Shown: positions 32,401 to 59,700 of the stretch, one piece after another
Layout: the number at the start of each line of letters is the position of its first letter
Numbering within the stretch: position 1 is the stretch's first letter
NCBI GenBank assembly: GCA_033442325.1
Contig: JAWQFM010000004.1
Coordinates: 1,695,261 to 1,759,260 of the forward strand
DNA length: 64,000 nt
Reading direction: 5' to 3'
Source: Salpingoeca rosetta
Taxonomy: Eukaryota > Protista > Choanoflagellata
Made by a program: the position numbers and the translations under genes
Notes under the pieces: generated by a model
Database searches by the model: none
Seen by the model: the letters and a program-made list of their open reading frames with translations, nothing else
What the model was told of the DNA's origin: nothing

Positions 32401-35400
32401 TTCCAACCCGCTCTTGCACAACAGCGTGGAGGTGCTGGAGCTCAAAATCAAAGGATGGCAAGTCTGTCTTGGTGGCGACCAGCCGCACTTGCACGGCTTC
32501 GGCTTGCTTGTGTCGAGAGAGGCGGCATGCTTGCAGCAGGCCGAGCCATACGCTGATGCGGGCGATGGAATGCTCCAGCCCTTTTGAGGCATCAAACACA
32601 AGGAGGTACACGGCCATGTGCGAGGCCATGAAGAGCTGGTGGGCCGGGAAGAACTCCAGCTGGCCAGCGAAATCCCACAAGTCAAACGCGTGCTTGATCC
32701 AGTGGTCCACGTCAATGCCTTCCGTCCACACGTGCGGCATGTGCAAGAGCTGCTGGAAAGGGCTACCGCTGTCTTTGGACGAAGACAATTTGCTACCTTT
32801 GCTGAGGAGAAAGTGCTTTGCCTGAAGCATGCGCTGCACAACGTCCTCAGAGGCAGGCGTGTTTGCACTGCCAAACCACTGCTGCAGTTTCTCATCGGTG
32901 GATTTCAACCACAGCTTTCCCGTGATGCCCTTGGCCCTCGGGCACTCCTCGTCAAAGAACCCGTCCCTGTGCGCCAGATCGTGATCCACCCACTGGCGGA
33001 AGTCGGCCTCTGTGTATTTCTGAAACGAGGACTTGAGCGTCGAGCGCACTTCCTTCAGCACGTCAAACCGATCTATGTCGTGCAACATCAGCAGCGCCGT
33101 CTTGAGCGTGGTCTTGCCAACACCACCATCCCCAATGAACACGAGGCGGGAACGTGTGAGAAGCTCGTGGTTTTCCTGCACATCGCGCAGGTAGGCGTAG
33201 GTCGCTGGCAGGCCAGCCTTGACGATGGACGGAGGCGGGCAGATGATGGGGTTGCGCGAGACGTCGAGCGCCCGAACATGCGCTGTCTCCAGGAACTCCG
33301 GACAGAGGTGGGTGATGCCGTTGGAGGACATCCTTCACCAAGCAGGTGCAACACACAGTTGAAAGGCGGTGACCCGGGTAACGTAAGGGAGCATTTGAAG
33401 TGCAGGCGCGGCTCATCATGCGGCTCATCCACAAACAAGGCAAGGCGGTCGTGTTTTCGTTGTGGCACCACACCTTAGAGTGCCAAGATGGGCCAGCTGG
33501 CCAGCTGCCACGGCGATTGCACGAGCCCCATCTGTTTTGAGGCTCATATCTACGAGACTAGCAGGTGACAGCAAGGCCATGCGCGACGTGCGACGGGCCC
33601 AATGAGTGTACGCAGGGGTGCACAACGGAGCGAACAGGACTGATGTACACGTACATAGGCAGATGGGCACACAAAGGCAGATATGCACACAGAGACAGAC
33701 ATGCACACGATCCTATGATGCACGCACGCGTGCAACCACACACACATACACACACGTGCAACCACACAAACACACACACGTGCAACCACACACACACACA
33801 CGTGCAACCACACACACACACACACATGCAACCACACACACACACACTTCAAGCACTTACTCGAGGGTGTGAAGGCGTGACAAGTTACCAAGGGATTCGG
33901 CGAGTACATGGACACCTTGCGGCCCGATGTTTTCATTGTGCGCCAGACTACACACGAGGCAAGTTGACAGGTCGATACAACAGGCGGACCCACCGCACGT
34001 GAGTTCCTGCAACACGCGCACACGCACATGTGTAGACACACGTACAGATGCAGACAGGCAAGGGGGCAACGCGGCTTTGCATTGTGCATCGTTGCACAAG
34101 GATCGCACTGGAGTGATTCAAGCTGCGTCAACGTCGAAAGCGCTCGTGCCAGTGCACACACCCCTTCATATCCGATGTGGTTGCTTGCCAAGCTGCAACA
34201 TGGCAACAAGCGGGTAACGTGGCAAGTCTGAAACGTGAGCACCAAGATCAAGCAACCCGTCACAACGCCTGCCTGTCAACAGCACGAGAACACGCGAGCC
34301 TTCCCAAACCACAAACATGGTCGCACACGCACGCGCACATGTACAAACTTTAGTGACTTGATCCACGGCATCTGTTCCAGTACTTCTGCAAGCACGCGTG
34401 CACCTTCGGGGCCGAGGTTGTTGCTCGAAAGGCTTTAAGCGTGTAGAATAGGCAATCAATCACAAAGTGAGAGCTTGAGAGCGGCCAGAACCAGTCAGGC
34501 GATGACAAAGGTGCAAGTGCAATTTGCACACACGCACACAGCAACGCACTACACGAGAAACCATCTACCCGTTTGCTCACGACGTAAGGACGTACGTCAG
34601 AGCAGTAAGCTTTTCCATGCTGGTGAGGGTTCCTGCGAGGTCGCGAACGCCATCAGGTCCGAGCTGGTTGCTTCCCAGGCTGAAGGAGTGTGAGGGAAGA
34701 GCAAGAGGGCGGAATCGAGGAGGGGGGAGGGTGAGAGAGATATGCGTGAGTGAACGTGTAGTGTGCGCATGTGTGTGTGTGTGTGTGACATGGAAGACAA
34801 AGAGGCAGAGGCAGGGGTAGGGCAGAGACAGGGGCAGACGAACACGAGTGAGCATACACACACATACACACACACGCACCCACAGAGGCACAGGCACACG
34901 CACGCAAGTTCCTGAAGGTTCACAAGTTGCTTCAACGGCTCGGCAAGCGCGCGAGCGCCGTCCCTCTTGAGGCCGTTGCCCCAAAGCCTAAGAGAGACAC
35001 GTGTGCGTTACAAATCGCAGGGACAAACAAAATGAAAGATCCACGCCAATTGGCACGCAAAGAATGGGTTGCGGTATTGCGTACATCAACACACACACAC
35101 ACACACACACAAACATACACACATGTACGACGAGCACGCACTCGAGCGATGTCAGGTTCGTCAGGGTGCTCAGAGGGTCAGCCAGTGCACGAGCTCCTTC
35201 GAGCCCACAGGCGATGCTTCTCAAACTGTGGGATACAGTGAAGTACGAGGTGAGAACAGCAACGCCAGATGCAACCCATGAACTGAGCAGTGCGGAGGGG
35301 CGTGCAAAAGCACGTGAACATACACATGTGATTAAAGATACACACACGCACACATGCTCACGCACACACACACATACACGCGCGCGCGCGTGCACACGCG

Positions 35401-36091
35401 CATACGCACACGCACACACACACACACACGCACGCACACACACACATGCTTTCGCGCTTTGCGTCGGGCATCGCCCATGCACGGCGTGCATACGTACTTG
35501 AGCTTCTTCAAGTTCTGTAACAGCTGAAGCGCTGGTGCAAGGGCACGTACTCCTTCCACTTCCAGCTCTGTGCCGCGCAGGCTGGGGCAGGAATGCACGA
35601 AATGGGAGAGGCGGAGTGTCAATGGGAGCACGTGTATGGCGTGGCTAAGGTGTGGCTAAGGTGTGGCTCGAACAGGAAAAGGTCAGGCATTGGAGCACAG
35701 GTCTCATGAAACGTACTCGAGTGTTTCGAGGGACCTCAACTGATGGAGTGCGACTCCAAGCGCACGCGCTCCTTCGGGACCCATGGCGGTCCTGGGAAGA
35801 CTGCAAGGGCACCACACAAGCAAGTAAACCATCGAGCGTCTTGTCAGCTGTGCACGTGCACAACACGTGTCTCCGGCTTTCAACCACACCAACTGGAACC
35901 CATATCTACACACCTCAGTTCTGTAATCGTGCAATTGCTTTGTGCGACTTCTGCAGCCAGTCGTGCTATCATGGCAGCACTGAGTCGTTGGTTGGGGCGA
36001 CCTTCAACCCTGACAACATGTGAGAAGAGTGAGTGTGGTGTGTGAGTGAGAAGAGTGAGGAGATGTGTGAGTGGGTGTGGTGTGTGTGCGC

Positions 36092-36127
<36 letters not shown>

Positions 36128-36351
36128 GCGTGAGTGAGCAGAAGAGCAGAGCGTAGTTTGCATGCATTGATGGGCGCATGCTCGTTCTCGCAAGGTTGCA
36201 CGGAAACAGACTGAGGGGCATCATACTTCACTGTGCTGTCGCATGAGCCATCCTTGATGGACTGGAGCAGGTCTTGAAACCATGACGGGAAAGGAGGGAG
36301 CTGCTGCTCGGCCTCCAGCTCCAACTCCTGCTGGTGGTGTTGTTCGGCCAT
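29498..36351 (-). CDS. ROCO protein: RI/NLRC3-like LRRs - ROC (with SAM-like insert) - COR - IRE1/RNase L-like pseudokinase - KEN-like domain
   Basis: Exons 36351-36227, 36009-35914, nine LRR exons (35800-35717, 35581-35498, 35225-35142, 34987-34904, 34679-34596, 34432-34349, 34192-34109, 33947-33861, 33557-33474) and last exon 33332-29498. Motifs NPIICPP, GDGGVGKTT, TEGIDV, LWDFAGQ..HQLF, VATKTD, LRFLDDAG, GLHFLHS, WLAPE. Confidence 0.88.
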
Positions 36352-36687
36352 GTGCACTGGACAACAAGGAAAGCGACTCAGTGGTGTTTCGTTGTTGTGT
36401 TTTGTTTGATTTTGTCGTCTTTGTTTTGATTTGCGGATTTGTGGCTTAGTGGAAACCAGTCCCACGCGATGTCAAGATTTCATGTTCATGTCGTTTGTTG
36501 TATTGCGCTGCCTGCCTGACTTGCCAACCCACCCCCCTCACACAACCCCCCCCCCCCCCCTCGCCCACCGACCCACAAGTAAAGCGACCTGTCTATCAAC
36601 AACACCCACACACATACATAACACGATTCCCACACATGCAAATCCCCACTCCCGCCCCGTTTCTTTTCTCCAAACACAACACACCAA

Positions 36688-37682
36688 CTACCACTCCGGC
36701 CGCAGCAAGTCTGTGAGCTCCTCGAGCGTGATGCGGTAGTAGCGAAGGCTGCGTACGCGCACGTGCGTTCTGCTGAGGACATACTGCTCGTCCGCATCGC
36801 CGTCTGCCGCCAGGTAGCGCAGCCCGAGCGTGCTGCCTGCGCCGCCCGGGTCCGCCTTGCGCACGCGCTCCACGACGTCGTCCAGCACCTCGGCGAACAG
36901 GCGAAGCGGTACCGGTGTCTTCTTCAGGGGGCGTGTCTTCAGCAGCAGCCAAAGCTGCAGCCGCGGCTCGCCCTGCTTCAGCGCCAGCTTGGCGAGGGCC
37001 TTGCCCTGCTTGTTGTGGCCGCCGCTGCTGCCTGCGGTCTGCTCTTCTTCGAGGACGAGCGAGGACACGTGCTGCAAGCACCGCAGGAGACGCCTGTGGG
37101 CCGGCAACTTCTCGCTCAGTCCGGAGATGACGGCAATGGCGTGTCGCCGCTCCAGGCACTTTGTCTCGACCGTGCCCTCTGCCATTGGCGTCACGCGCGA
37201 CCACGGGAAGGTCTTGACCGCAGCGCCCCACTGCTGCCGCAGCTCGTCCGCCGCCGTCAGGTTGAAGGGCACGGAGCGCAGCACGCTGAAATCGCTGCGG
37301 AAGACGATGCCTGCGCTTGGCACAAAGGGAAGCATGCCCACCGCCTCCGCCATGGTGTACCAGCGGTCGCACGTGAACCCGTGTGCGCCGGCCGGCAGCA
37401 GCATGGGGTGTGTGGCGCGCCCAGCATCAGCGCCGTCAACAAAGCAGAACTGGTGCCAGTACCCAAGGGAGAGCTGTGCGATGATCAGGGCAGTGTGCGT
37501 CTCGCGGGCGCTTGGCACGCGCTCCAGCATGGCCATCTTTTGCAGGCGGTGCTGCTCGTCGCTGTGAATGCACCTGTAGGGGGCCGGGAAGCGGTGGCGA
37601 AAGTTGGGATGAGCGAGGAGACGCGAGGGGACGCGAGGGGATTCACGCACAACTGCACTCACTCCCCACCTTCCAAAAGTGC

Positions 37683-37780
<98 letters not shown>

Positions 37781-38106
37781 CACCTGAAATCGAGGTCGAG
37801 AAACCCGTTGAATGCGTTTGTGTAGTGCGTACTCTGGATGTTGGACATGGGCTCCCATTTCCACGTGAATGTGAGGAAGTCGCTCGCCTCTGCGCTCGAC
37901 TAGAGGTGGTGTAGGGGGGGGGGTTGAGGAGAGACGATGAGCACGTACATGCAGGGAGCGGTGTGAGCTGAAGGATGAGGGTGTGGGGATAGAAACCCCA
38001 CAGCGCGCGGGCTATGCCAAGCACAGTGTGTTGTGAAGAAAAAGCACTTGACAACGGAAGTTCGCACACACACACACTTGGATGTGCACGCGACACGACA
38101 ATTCAG

Positions 38107-38154
<48 letters not shown>

Positions 38155-39057
38155 ACATACCGTTGGCAATGGGTAGACGCCCTCTGCGCGCATGTACACG
38201 AGCTGTCGCCGGCGACCAAACTTGCGCAGCAGCGGCATGTTCATGCCGTAATGCAGGCGCGCATGTCCACTCGGCTCATAATGCGGCCTGTTCAAGAAGG
38301 AAATGTGTCAAACGCACACACACACACACACACGCACACGCACACACACACGCACACACACACACACGCACACACACACACACACACGCCAGTGCAGCGT
38401 CAGTGGCAAACCTCTACCCGTTCTGCCTCCACCCTTTGCGCAGCGATACGCCCACGCAGCTCGAGTCGTACATGATTTGCAGAAAGTACTCGTTGGTGGT
38501 GAGGAACACGTGCGGTTGTGTGACGTCGGTCGGGGTAAGGTCTGCGTTTTCCTTTGCCTGTTGGCGGTTAACACAATTGCATATGTGGGTGAGTAACAAA
38601 TTCTGTGCGTGTGTGTGTGCGCTCTTGTCAGCTTGTCATAACTCCAACCGTTTTGCCTGCAGGCAGCACAATTACACATAGCAGGTGCGTACACATCACC
38701 AAATTACAGCTTACCCAGGGCGGACTTGTGAAGCGGGTTGCGGTCTTGACGGAGACGGGGTGCTGTTCGCCACTGTCAAACAGCTGCAAGAAGTCGTAAG
38801 GGTGATGGGAGTGTCCAGTTTCAGCCCTCGGACCATGACCCCAGCCCCTGTTTGTGACGTTGGGGAAGCAGGTACGGATGGCTTGGGTTAGACGTCATAA
38901 ACAGCCGACACTCAGTCAGTCACAACTGCTCGCAAGCAAACAAACACAAGCAAATAAATACATACAACAAGCAAGCAAACACGAACAAACACACACGCGC
39001 GCACGCACACACACCAGGCCGGCAAGCAAGCAAACACAAACCAGCACACACACAAAC

Positions 39058-39115
<58 letters not shown>

Positions 39116-39495
39116 ACACACACACACAGACACAAAAAAACACACGAACACACAATCACCCCCCCCCTCCCTCACGCACGTGATATGACCGTCTGTGTTG
39201 TCAAACTCAAACACATGCGGCGCAACAACGACGGGCTTGCTGGGATCGGTCTTGGCAATCTTCAGGAGCTGTTCCATCATGCTGAGCAAACAAAAAGCGA
39301 CAGTACCGCACAATGACACATGGCGTATGTCTGTAAGCGCTTTTGTCGTGTGCCAGCTGTAATTGCATGTGCTCTGCACATTACCGCACACACACACACA
39401 CACATACACACACATACACACACATACACACACATACACACACAAACACAAGCACACCCACTTTCACAAACACACGCACACACACACATACACGA

Positions 39496-39528
<33 letters not shown>

Positions 39529-40689
39529 CACACTTGCACAAACACACAACGCAACGTACTCGTCTTTCCATAGGGTGCCGTGGTCTGCCCACAGAGTGTA
39601 CTTGGAGGACGATATGTACGGCAACGCCATGTTGCGCAGGCACAGGTAGCATGTCAACGATCCACGGTGGATCAGTAGCGTCGTCCGCGAACGTGTCTCC
39701 AGCAACCGTCCATACTCCTCAATCTGCAAGTTGCAACGCGCACATAAGAAAAACAGAGTTGTGATGAACGCGTCAATGAAACCAGGAGCGAGGAACAGAA
39801 AGAGGTACCTCGGCAACTGCAACACCAAAGCCGTTGCTTCCATCATCTCATCTCGCTGAAATGTCGTTGCTTGCAGGCAAGCAACCACGGTTTGAAACTC
39901 TAGCACGCGACCTTGTGTCCCCTCCCCTTGGTAACCACGCACTCACCTGGTGATATGCCCATGCAACGTCCCACAGCACAACCACGAGGTGGAAATGGCA
40001 AACGCCCTTCTGCCTGACCCTGGTCAGCAAAATCTTCAACAGCGAGTAGGCAGGCAAGGGTGAACGGTAAGCTCCATGAGCCTATGAGCACTGCAAAACA
40101 AAAAGGACACTTTCAAAACACGACCCACTGCGATAGCAACAAGAACAACAGGCCGCCTCATCCTCATCGTCTGTTTGCGCGGTTCCTTTCCTGTTGCGGC
40201 ATTGCACGCACGCAAGCAACAACTTCCACACTCCTCCTCCTAGTTAGCTTGCTTGTCCCACCAAACCTGATGAATAGGGTCCAACCGCTCGCGGTAGCTG
40301 AGAACTGCGGACACGTCGCACGGTGGTAGGCCATCGTCACTCTCATTCTCGTTGCTGAACACAAACAGCAGGCCTCCGTCGTTGGTGACTTTGCGCTCCA
40401 CAAAGTACTGCTGCGGCAAATCAGTTGGAACAGCCTCCCACGACTGGCGGTCAAGACTGGCCGGCACGACATCGCGTGGCACAATTTTTTCTGCAGGACC
40501 CAGTGCGCCCTCCCGTCGCCACTGCTCCGTCGCAGCAACAAAGCCGGCAAAGTGCGCAGTGAGGGGCAGGACGAGGAGAAGCAGGGGGAAAAGGATGAGG
40601 GGCATCGTTCTTCTTCTTGATGGCGATGAGGATGATGATGGCAGCATGATGCAGGTGCTTCGTCTCTTCTTTTTCGCTGTGGTCCTCAT
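36688..40689 (-). CDS. GT2/GT-A-like glycosyltransferase (paralog B), multi-exon
   Basis: Signal MPLILFPLLLLVLPL, VSAVLSYRERLDP, RNMALPYISSSKYTLWADHG, MMEQLLKIAKTDP..VVAPHV, SDFLTFTWKWEP, ends LRPEW*. Shares intron positions with paralog A. Start at 40689, 40647 or 40605. Confidence 0.75.
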
Positions 40690-40748
40690 TGTTGCCGTTT
40701 CGCCGACGATTGGTGAATATCTTCCAACAATCGCCAAGAACCAAGACG

Positions 40749-49713
<8,965 letters not shown>

Positions 49714-49959
49714 TGATGATGGCAACTGTAACAGTGGGCGGCGCTCACGGAAACCTTGTTTGCTGCGCAACGTTGTGATGTGCTGCCCTTGCCACTTGTG
49801 CTGTACAATAGAGCGAAAGAGAAGAGTGTAGGAAAGGAAGCGAGAAAAGGGAAGCGATCTGTGGGAGCTTTGGCACACCACATCAACTTCCACGTAATTA
49901 TTTTTTTCCGTCTTCCTCCACAACCCCAAACAAAACGCAAAACAAGACCACCAGCCAAG

Positions 49960-51285
49960 ATGAGGAGTCTGACGCCAGCCACTGTCGACGTTTTAGCCGT
50001 TTTGGTTGTATTCCTGGTTGTGTGCGTGTGCCGCGTCGAGGCCATCGCCACACCACCAACACCAAACAGGGCCAAGGTGGCGCAAGATGATAGCGGCGCG
50101 ATGCACGTCAATTCGAGTGACCCAGCGAATCAGCCCGTGTTCCTGAATGGCGTGGACGTCGTTTCGGAGGTTCAAACGCTGCGTGGAACCGTAGCGGCAC
50201 AGCAGAGCATGCTGCAGGCGTACCAGTCAACTGTTGAGGCGCAACAGAGCATGATCGCCGCACACAACAGCACGCTTCAAGCCCAACAGAGCACGATCGA
50301 AGCTCTTCGAGGCAGGGTGTGTGAGGCGACTGCCAGCACGTTTGGGCAGCTTAGCTCAGCAGGAAACAACAAGTGGCGTGGCGGGGGTGTGCTTGCCAGC
50401 AACGGTTTCATCTACGCTGCCCCTTACGACTCGCCCTCCGTGCTAATCATCGATCCCAGCACCAACACCGTTGACACGACCACAATCTCCGAACTTGGAA
50501 CAGACAGCTACAAGTGGGGTGGTGCTGTGCTGGCACACAACGGCCTCATCTACATGTTCCCATCAAACAGGGAGACAATGCTCATCATCAATCCAGACAC
50601 CAACACCGTTGACACCACAAGCATCCACTCGCTGGGATCTGGTGGAGGCAAGTGGTGGAGTGGTGTGGTGGCCAGCAACGGCCTCATCTTCGGCATCCCC
50701 TTCTTTGCCACCTCTGTGCTGATCATTGATCCAGATACCAACACAGCCGATATCACCACGCTGTCCGGACTGTCGAGCCAGGCATACAAATGGTATGGCG
50801 GTGTGCAAGCAGACAGCGGCCTCATCTACTGCTTTCCCTTCGTAGCTTCTTCTGTTCTCATCATCAATCCAGAGTCTCTTACAATGGACCTCACCACCAT
50901 CAGCGGCTTGGGCACGGGCAGCAAATGGTTTGGTGGCGTAATCACTGGCAACGGGCTCATCTACACCATCCCAGCATACTCTGCGACGACACTTGTCATC
51001 AATCCGGCCACCAACACCACCGCCGAGCTTGTCGTTGCAGATGCAACCGGCTCTTCGAAGTGGATCGGCGGCGTGCTTGCACCCAATGGCAACATCATTG
51101 GCATCCCACACACCTCCCCATCCGTCCTCATCATCGATCCAACCACCAATGCCACCGACACCACGACCATCAGCGACCTTGCAGGCGATAACAAGTGGTG
51201 GGGTGGCGTGCTCGCTCCAACCGGCCTCATCTACGGCATCCCAGACCATGCTGATTCCGTTCTCGTCATCGACCCGGGATGCTGA
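49960..51285 (+). CDS. Secreted 7-repeat beta-propeller protein with a coiled coil; closest paralog of the TIR receptor ectodomain
   Basis: Intronless. Signal VLAVLVVFLVVCVC, QDDSGAMHVNSSDP..LNGVDV, heptads AQQSMLQ/AQQSTIE, seven repeats, ends VLVIDPGC*. Confidence 0.9.
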   Translation: MRSLTPATVDVLAVLVVFLVVCVCRVEAIATPPTPNRAKVAQDDSGAMHVNSSDPANQPVFLNGVDVVSEVQTLRGTVAAQQSMLQAYQSTVEAQQSMIAAHNSTLQAQQSTIEALRGRVCEATASTFGQLSSAGNNKWRGGGVLASNGFIYAAPYDSPSVLIIDPSTNTVDTTTISELGTDSYKWGGAVLAHNGLIYMFPSNRETMLIINPDTNTVDTTSIHSLGSGGGKWWSGVVASNGLIFGIPFFATSVLIIDPDTNTADITTLSGLSSQAYKWYGGVQADSGLIYCFPFVASSVLIINPESLTMDLTTISGLGTGSKWFGGVITGNGLIYTIPAYSATTLVINPATNTTAELVVADATGSSKWIGGVLAPNGNIIGIPHTSPSVLIIDPTTNATDTTTISDLAGDNKWWGGVLAPTGLIYGIPDHADSVLVIDPGC

Positions 51286-51492
51286 ACCATTCACTTCTTG
51301 CTTGAACTGTGACATGCCTGTTCTCCACTTGCTTTCTTAACCTGATGTTTTGATGTGGACTTGCTCGATTGCGTTGTCCCCCTTGCACATGTACTGTTCT
51401 GACAGCAATCTTTACACCACACAAGCCGCACTTTCCGGCATCAACCAAATGAAATGATACACGCTCAATGCAATCCAACTGCACCTGATTCA

Positions 51493-51523
<31 letters not shown>

Positions 51524-51527
51524 CTGC

Positions 51528-56159
<4,632 letters not shown>

Positions 56160-56666
56160 ATTTATGCCGTCGCAAACTGTTGTTGTGCCGCCGCGCGTTC
56201 CTTCGCAATCGTGTGGTTCGTCAGCAGCCCCCACCGTGCCAGAAGCGATGGTGGCTGCGTGGGTGGCGTGCAGCGCATGCCGCACACCATTCCATTCCAC
56301 AGGAGAGAAAACACGCACGCGCGCGCGCACGCACTGCAACCAAACCAGCTGACAGCGCATGCATGGGTTGGGAGAGGGCATTGTTTTGATTTCTTCGCCC
56401 CAGCCAGTCGTTCGTTGTGTTTACCTTTTTGAGGTGTTTGTCACCTTCGACTTCTCCTCCATTGGGTGCTACCAATCGCCGAGTCGTGTTCACTTTCTCC
56501 AACCACCCATCTGCTTGACAAAACTTGCCATCTTGACCTTCAACCAAGTAACGCAGCCACCGCCCGCCACCAAAGCCAGGCAACAAACAAACCAGCAGTC
56601 GATACACACATACATCCGCCGTGCACGGGATCGATTGATCTTGAGTTGACAGTCAGCACCACCGCC

Positions 56667-56704
56667 ATGCAGGCTACCGCCAAGAATACCCACCGCAAAG
56701 GTGT

Positions 56705-56741
<37 letters not shown>

Positions 56742-59700
56742 TGTGTGTGTCTGTGTGTGTCTGTGTGTGTCTGTGTGTGTCTGTGTGGGTGGATGTGTGG
56801 GTGGATGTGGTGATGTTGTGTGTGTGTGCGCGCGTGTGTGTGTCTGTTACTGTGTGTCTGTGTTGGAGCTCACCTCTTCGTGTGCTTCTCACATCGCATT
56901 CGTTTGCCTCTGACCCGCCTTCCCATCTCCCCACCGTTATTGTCTCTTCAGCCGGTGGCTGGAAACCGCCGCAGGCAGACGCCTGTGCCGTGTGCACTCG
57001 CCCCGTGTACTACATGGAGAAGGTTGCCGCAGACAACAAGGTGTACCACAAGACGTGCTTCAAGTGCAGCGAATGCAAGAAGACACTCTCCACAGGCACG
57101 TACGCTGCCTTGGACGGAAAGGTCTTCTGCAAGCCCCACTTTAAGCAGCTCTTCAAGCGCAAGGGCCGCTACACCTTTGCCAAGGACGGAACAACCGACG
57201 ACGCCCCATCGTGAGTTTTTGCTCTGCTGCCTGTTTGCCGAGATCCTTACACTTGCACTTGCTGCACCGCGTTGGTATTCCGTGTTTGTTTTTCTTACAC
57301 TCACACATACACACACACATACACACACACATACACACACTCACAACACACACCATCACACACCATCACACACCATCACACACCATGTCGCATGCACGCA
57401 CAACAGGTCTGTCATGATCCCCACCAAGCTCAATCTGACGAGTGGAAACGATGCCACGCCGTCAAAGCAGAAAGAGGCCACTGCTATCACCACTGTTGCT
57501 GCCGCTGCCGCTGCGATCAAGCAAGACGCCACACCAGCTTCACCTGCTACGCCAGCCACGCCTTCTGTGAAGACCGCAACAACCACGTCCACGACAACAG
57601 CAACGACAGGCGCCTCTGCTGATGACAACACCACTTCCGCTGCCACCAAGGTTCACGCCCGCGCCGCATTCAACACCATCTCCGCGGCACCGAGCGTGCG
57701 CGACCGCCTGTCTCGCTTCAACACGAGCACCACCACGCCGAGCAAGAAGCAAGCGACGCCGGCAGCCACGCCCATCAAGCGGGACAACAGCGTGTCGAAG
57801 ATCCACAGCAAGTTTGCCGCCGTCGCCTCCACCGCGTCCAGCCCCGCCAGCATGTTCCTGCCCAGCAGCCGCTTCGGCATGTGCACGACCCCGCTGCAGA
57901 AGAAGAAGCAGCAACAGCAACAACTGCAGCAGCAAATGGAGGAGCAGAACACCACCGCTGCAGCAAACAACACGGATCAAGGCGAGTCAGCCACCACCCC
58001 TGCCACCGCCCGTGTGGCCACGAAGACGGCGGCGGCATCGCTTCGCCGTGACTCGACGACGCCAACACCGTCCCGTAAGGGCAGCGGTGCATATGCGGTG
58101 GTGGTGAAGAGCAGCGTCACCTCGGACATCGCCTGCCCGGCGCGCTCACGCAATGTGCGCGACATTCGCTCTCTGTTTGAGAACAACGCTGCCTCTGCCA
58201 CTGCCACGCCAGCGCGCTCCCGCCTGTCGCGCGTGAAGAACAGCAGCAGCAGCAGAAGCAGCAGCACGACGTCGCTCAAGTCCACGCCCGTGCTCGCCCG
58301 CACAGGCAGCACCAGCAGCCGCCGCGCGTTTTTCGAATCGCAGAGCAGAAATGCGTCCACGCCGCATCTGTCGCCGTCCACATCCAAGACGGGCAGCGCC
58401 GCCACGCTGCGTGCAAGCACGACGCCGTCGACGCCCGTGTCGCGCGGGTCATCCCTGTGCGACGTGGTGACGGCACGCAAGGCGCAGATGGAGCGGGCAC
58501 GTGCCACCACCGCCGTCGTGAAGGGCGCAACCCCCGACGATTACCGCGCTCGCACGCGCTCACGTGTCACTGCTACCAGCACCAGCGCCACCACCAGCAG
58601 CAAGGGTGGGGATGCGTCTGTGCGCAGTGCCGTTGCGCTGTTTGAGTCGCTCACGCGCGGCAGCAGCCTCTCCGCGCCGGCCACCACGCTGCGCCCCCGC
58701 ATTGTGTTTGGGCTGCAGCAGGCGTCAGAGAGCGTCGTTGACGCCGTGCCTGCAGGCAAGGATGCGCCAGGCACTACTGCAACAGCAGCGGAGGAGGAGA
58801 AGACGGAGACGGAGACGGAGACTGTGCGCACGGTGGTGCTGTTGGGCGGCAACCTCCAGGAGACGACCAGCACCGACGATCAAGAAGAGGAGGTGGAAGA
58901 GGTGGAAGAGGAAGAGGAAGAAGAGGAAGAGGAGGTGACAGAGGAAGAGGAAGAGGAGATGACGGAGGAAGCGGCTGTGGCTGCAGAAGCAGACAGCAAT
59001 GTTGCCGCTGCCGCTGCTGCTGCATCTGAGAAGCAACAACAACTGCAGCAGGAAGAAGATGAGGAGAAAGGCAACGATGACGTGTACTATGCGGAGGGCA
59101 CGGTGCTCAACATGGAGGAGATGGACGATGCGTCCACCACCACGCCGGAGGTGGAGGACTACCGCGACACCTTCGAGGAACAGGAGACAACGAGTGACAC
59201 CACCGACGCCACCCCTGTCGCCGACACGGCGATGACGCATCACGAGGTGTCGTTTGAGATGACGTCTGCGGACGTGGACATGTGTGCGGAGACAGCGGCG
59301 ACGGCGCGGGACGTGACGGGCGCCGTGTACAGGCGCGCATCCACCGTCTCTGAGCTCGACCTGTCGTGGCTCAACGACGATGGCAGCGACGCCAATGATG
59401 ACGCTGTTGATTGCGAACACGACATTGAGGAGGAGGACAAGGAGGAGCAGCTGCTGCAGGTTGATGGCACTGCCGCTCTTGCTGTTGCTGGTGATGAAGA
59501 GTATGACGAGGAGGGCGTTGAGGTGGAAAGTGCTGATGGCAACGACGACACAACCACGTACGATGAAACGCCTGCGCACGATGACGATGCGAGTGAGGCG
59601 ACAGAGGAGCTGTCGAGCCGCAAGGACAGCTCCGACTACGAGATGAACGAGCAGCAGGAGAACGCCGTCGCAGAGGCCACGTGCGCGACTGCCGTGAACG

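Noticed and set aside
29498-33331. Calling the ROCO gene LRRK2
   Set aside because: No ARM, ANK or WD40 domains; the LRRs are RI-type and the kinase is degenerate and IRE1-like rather than TKL.
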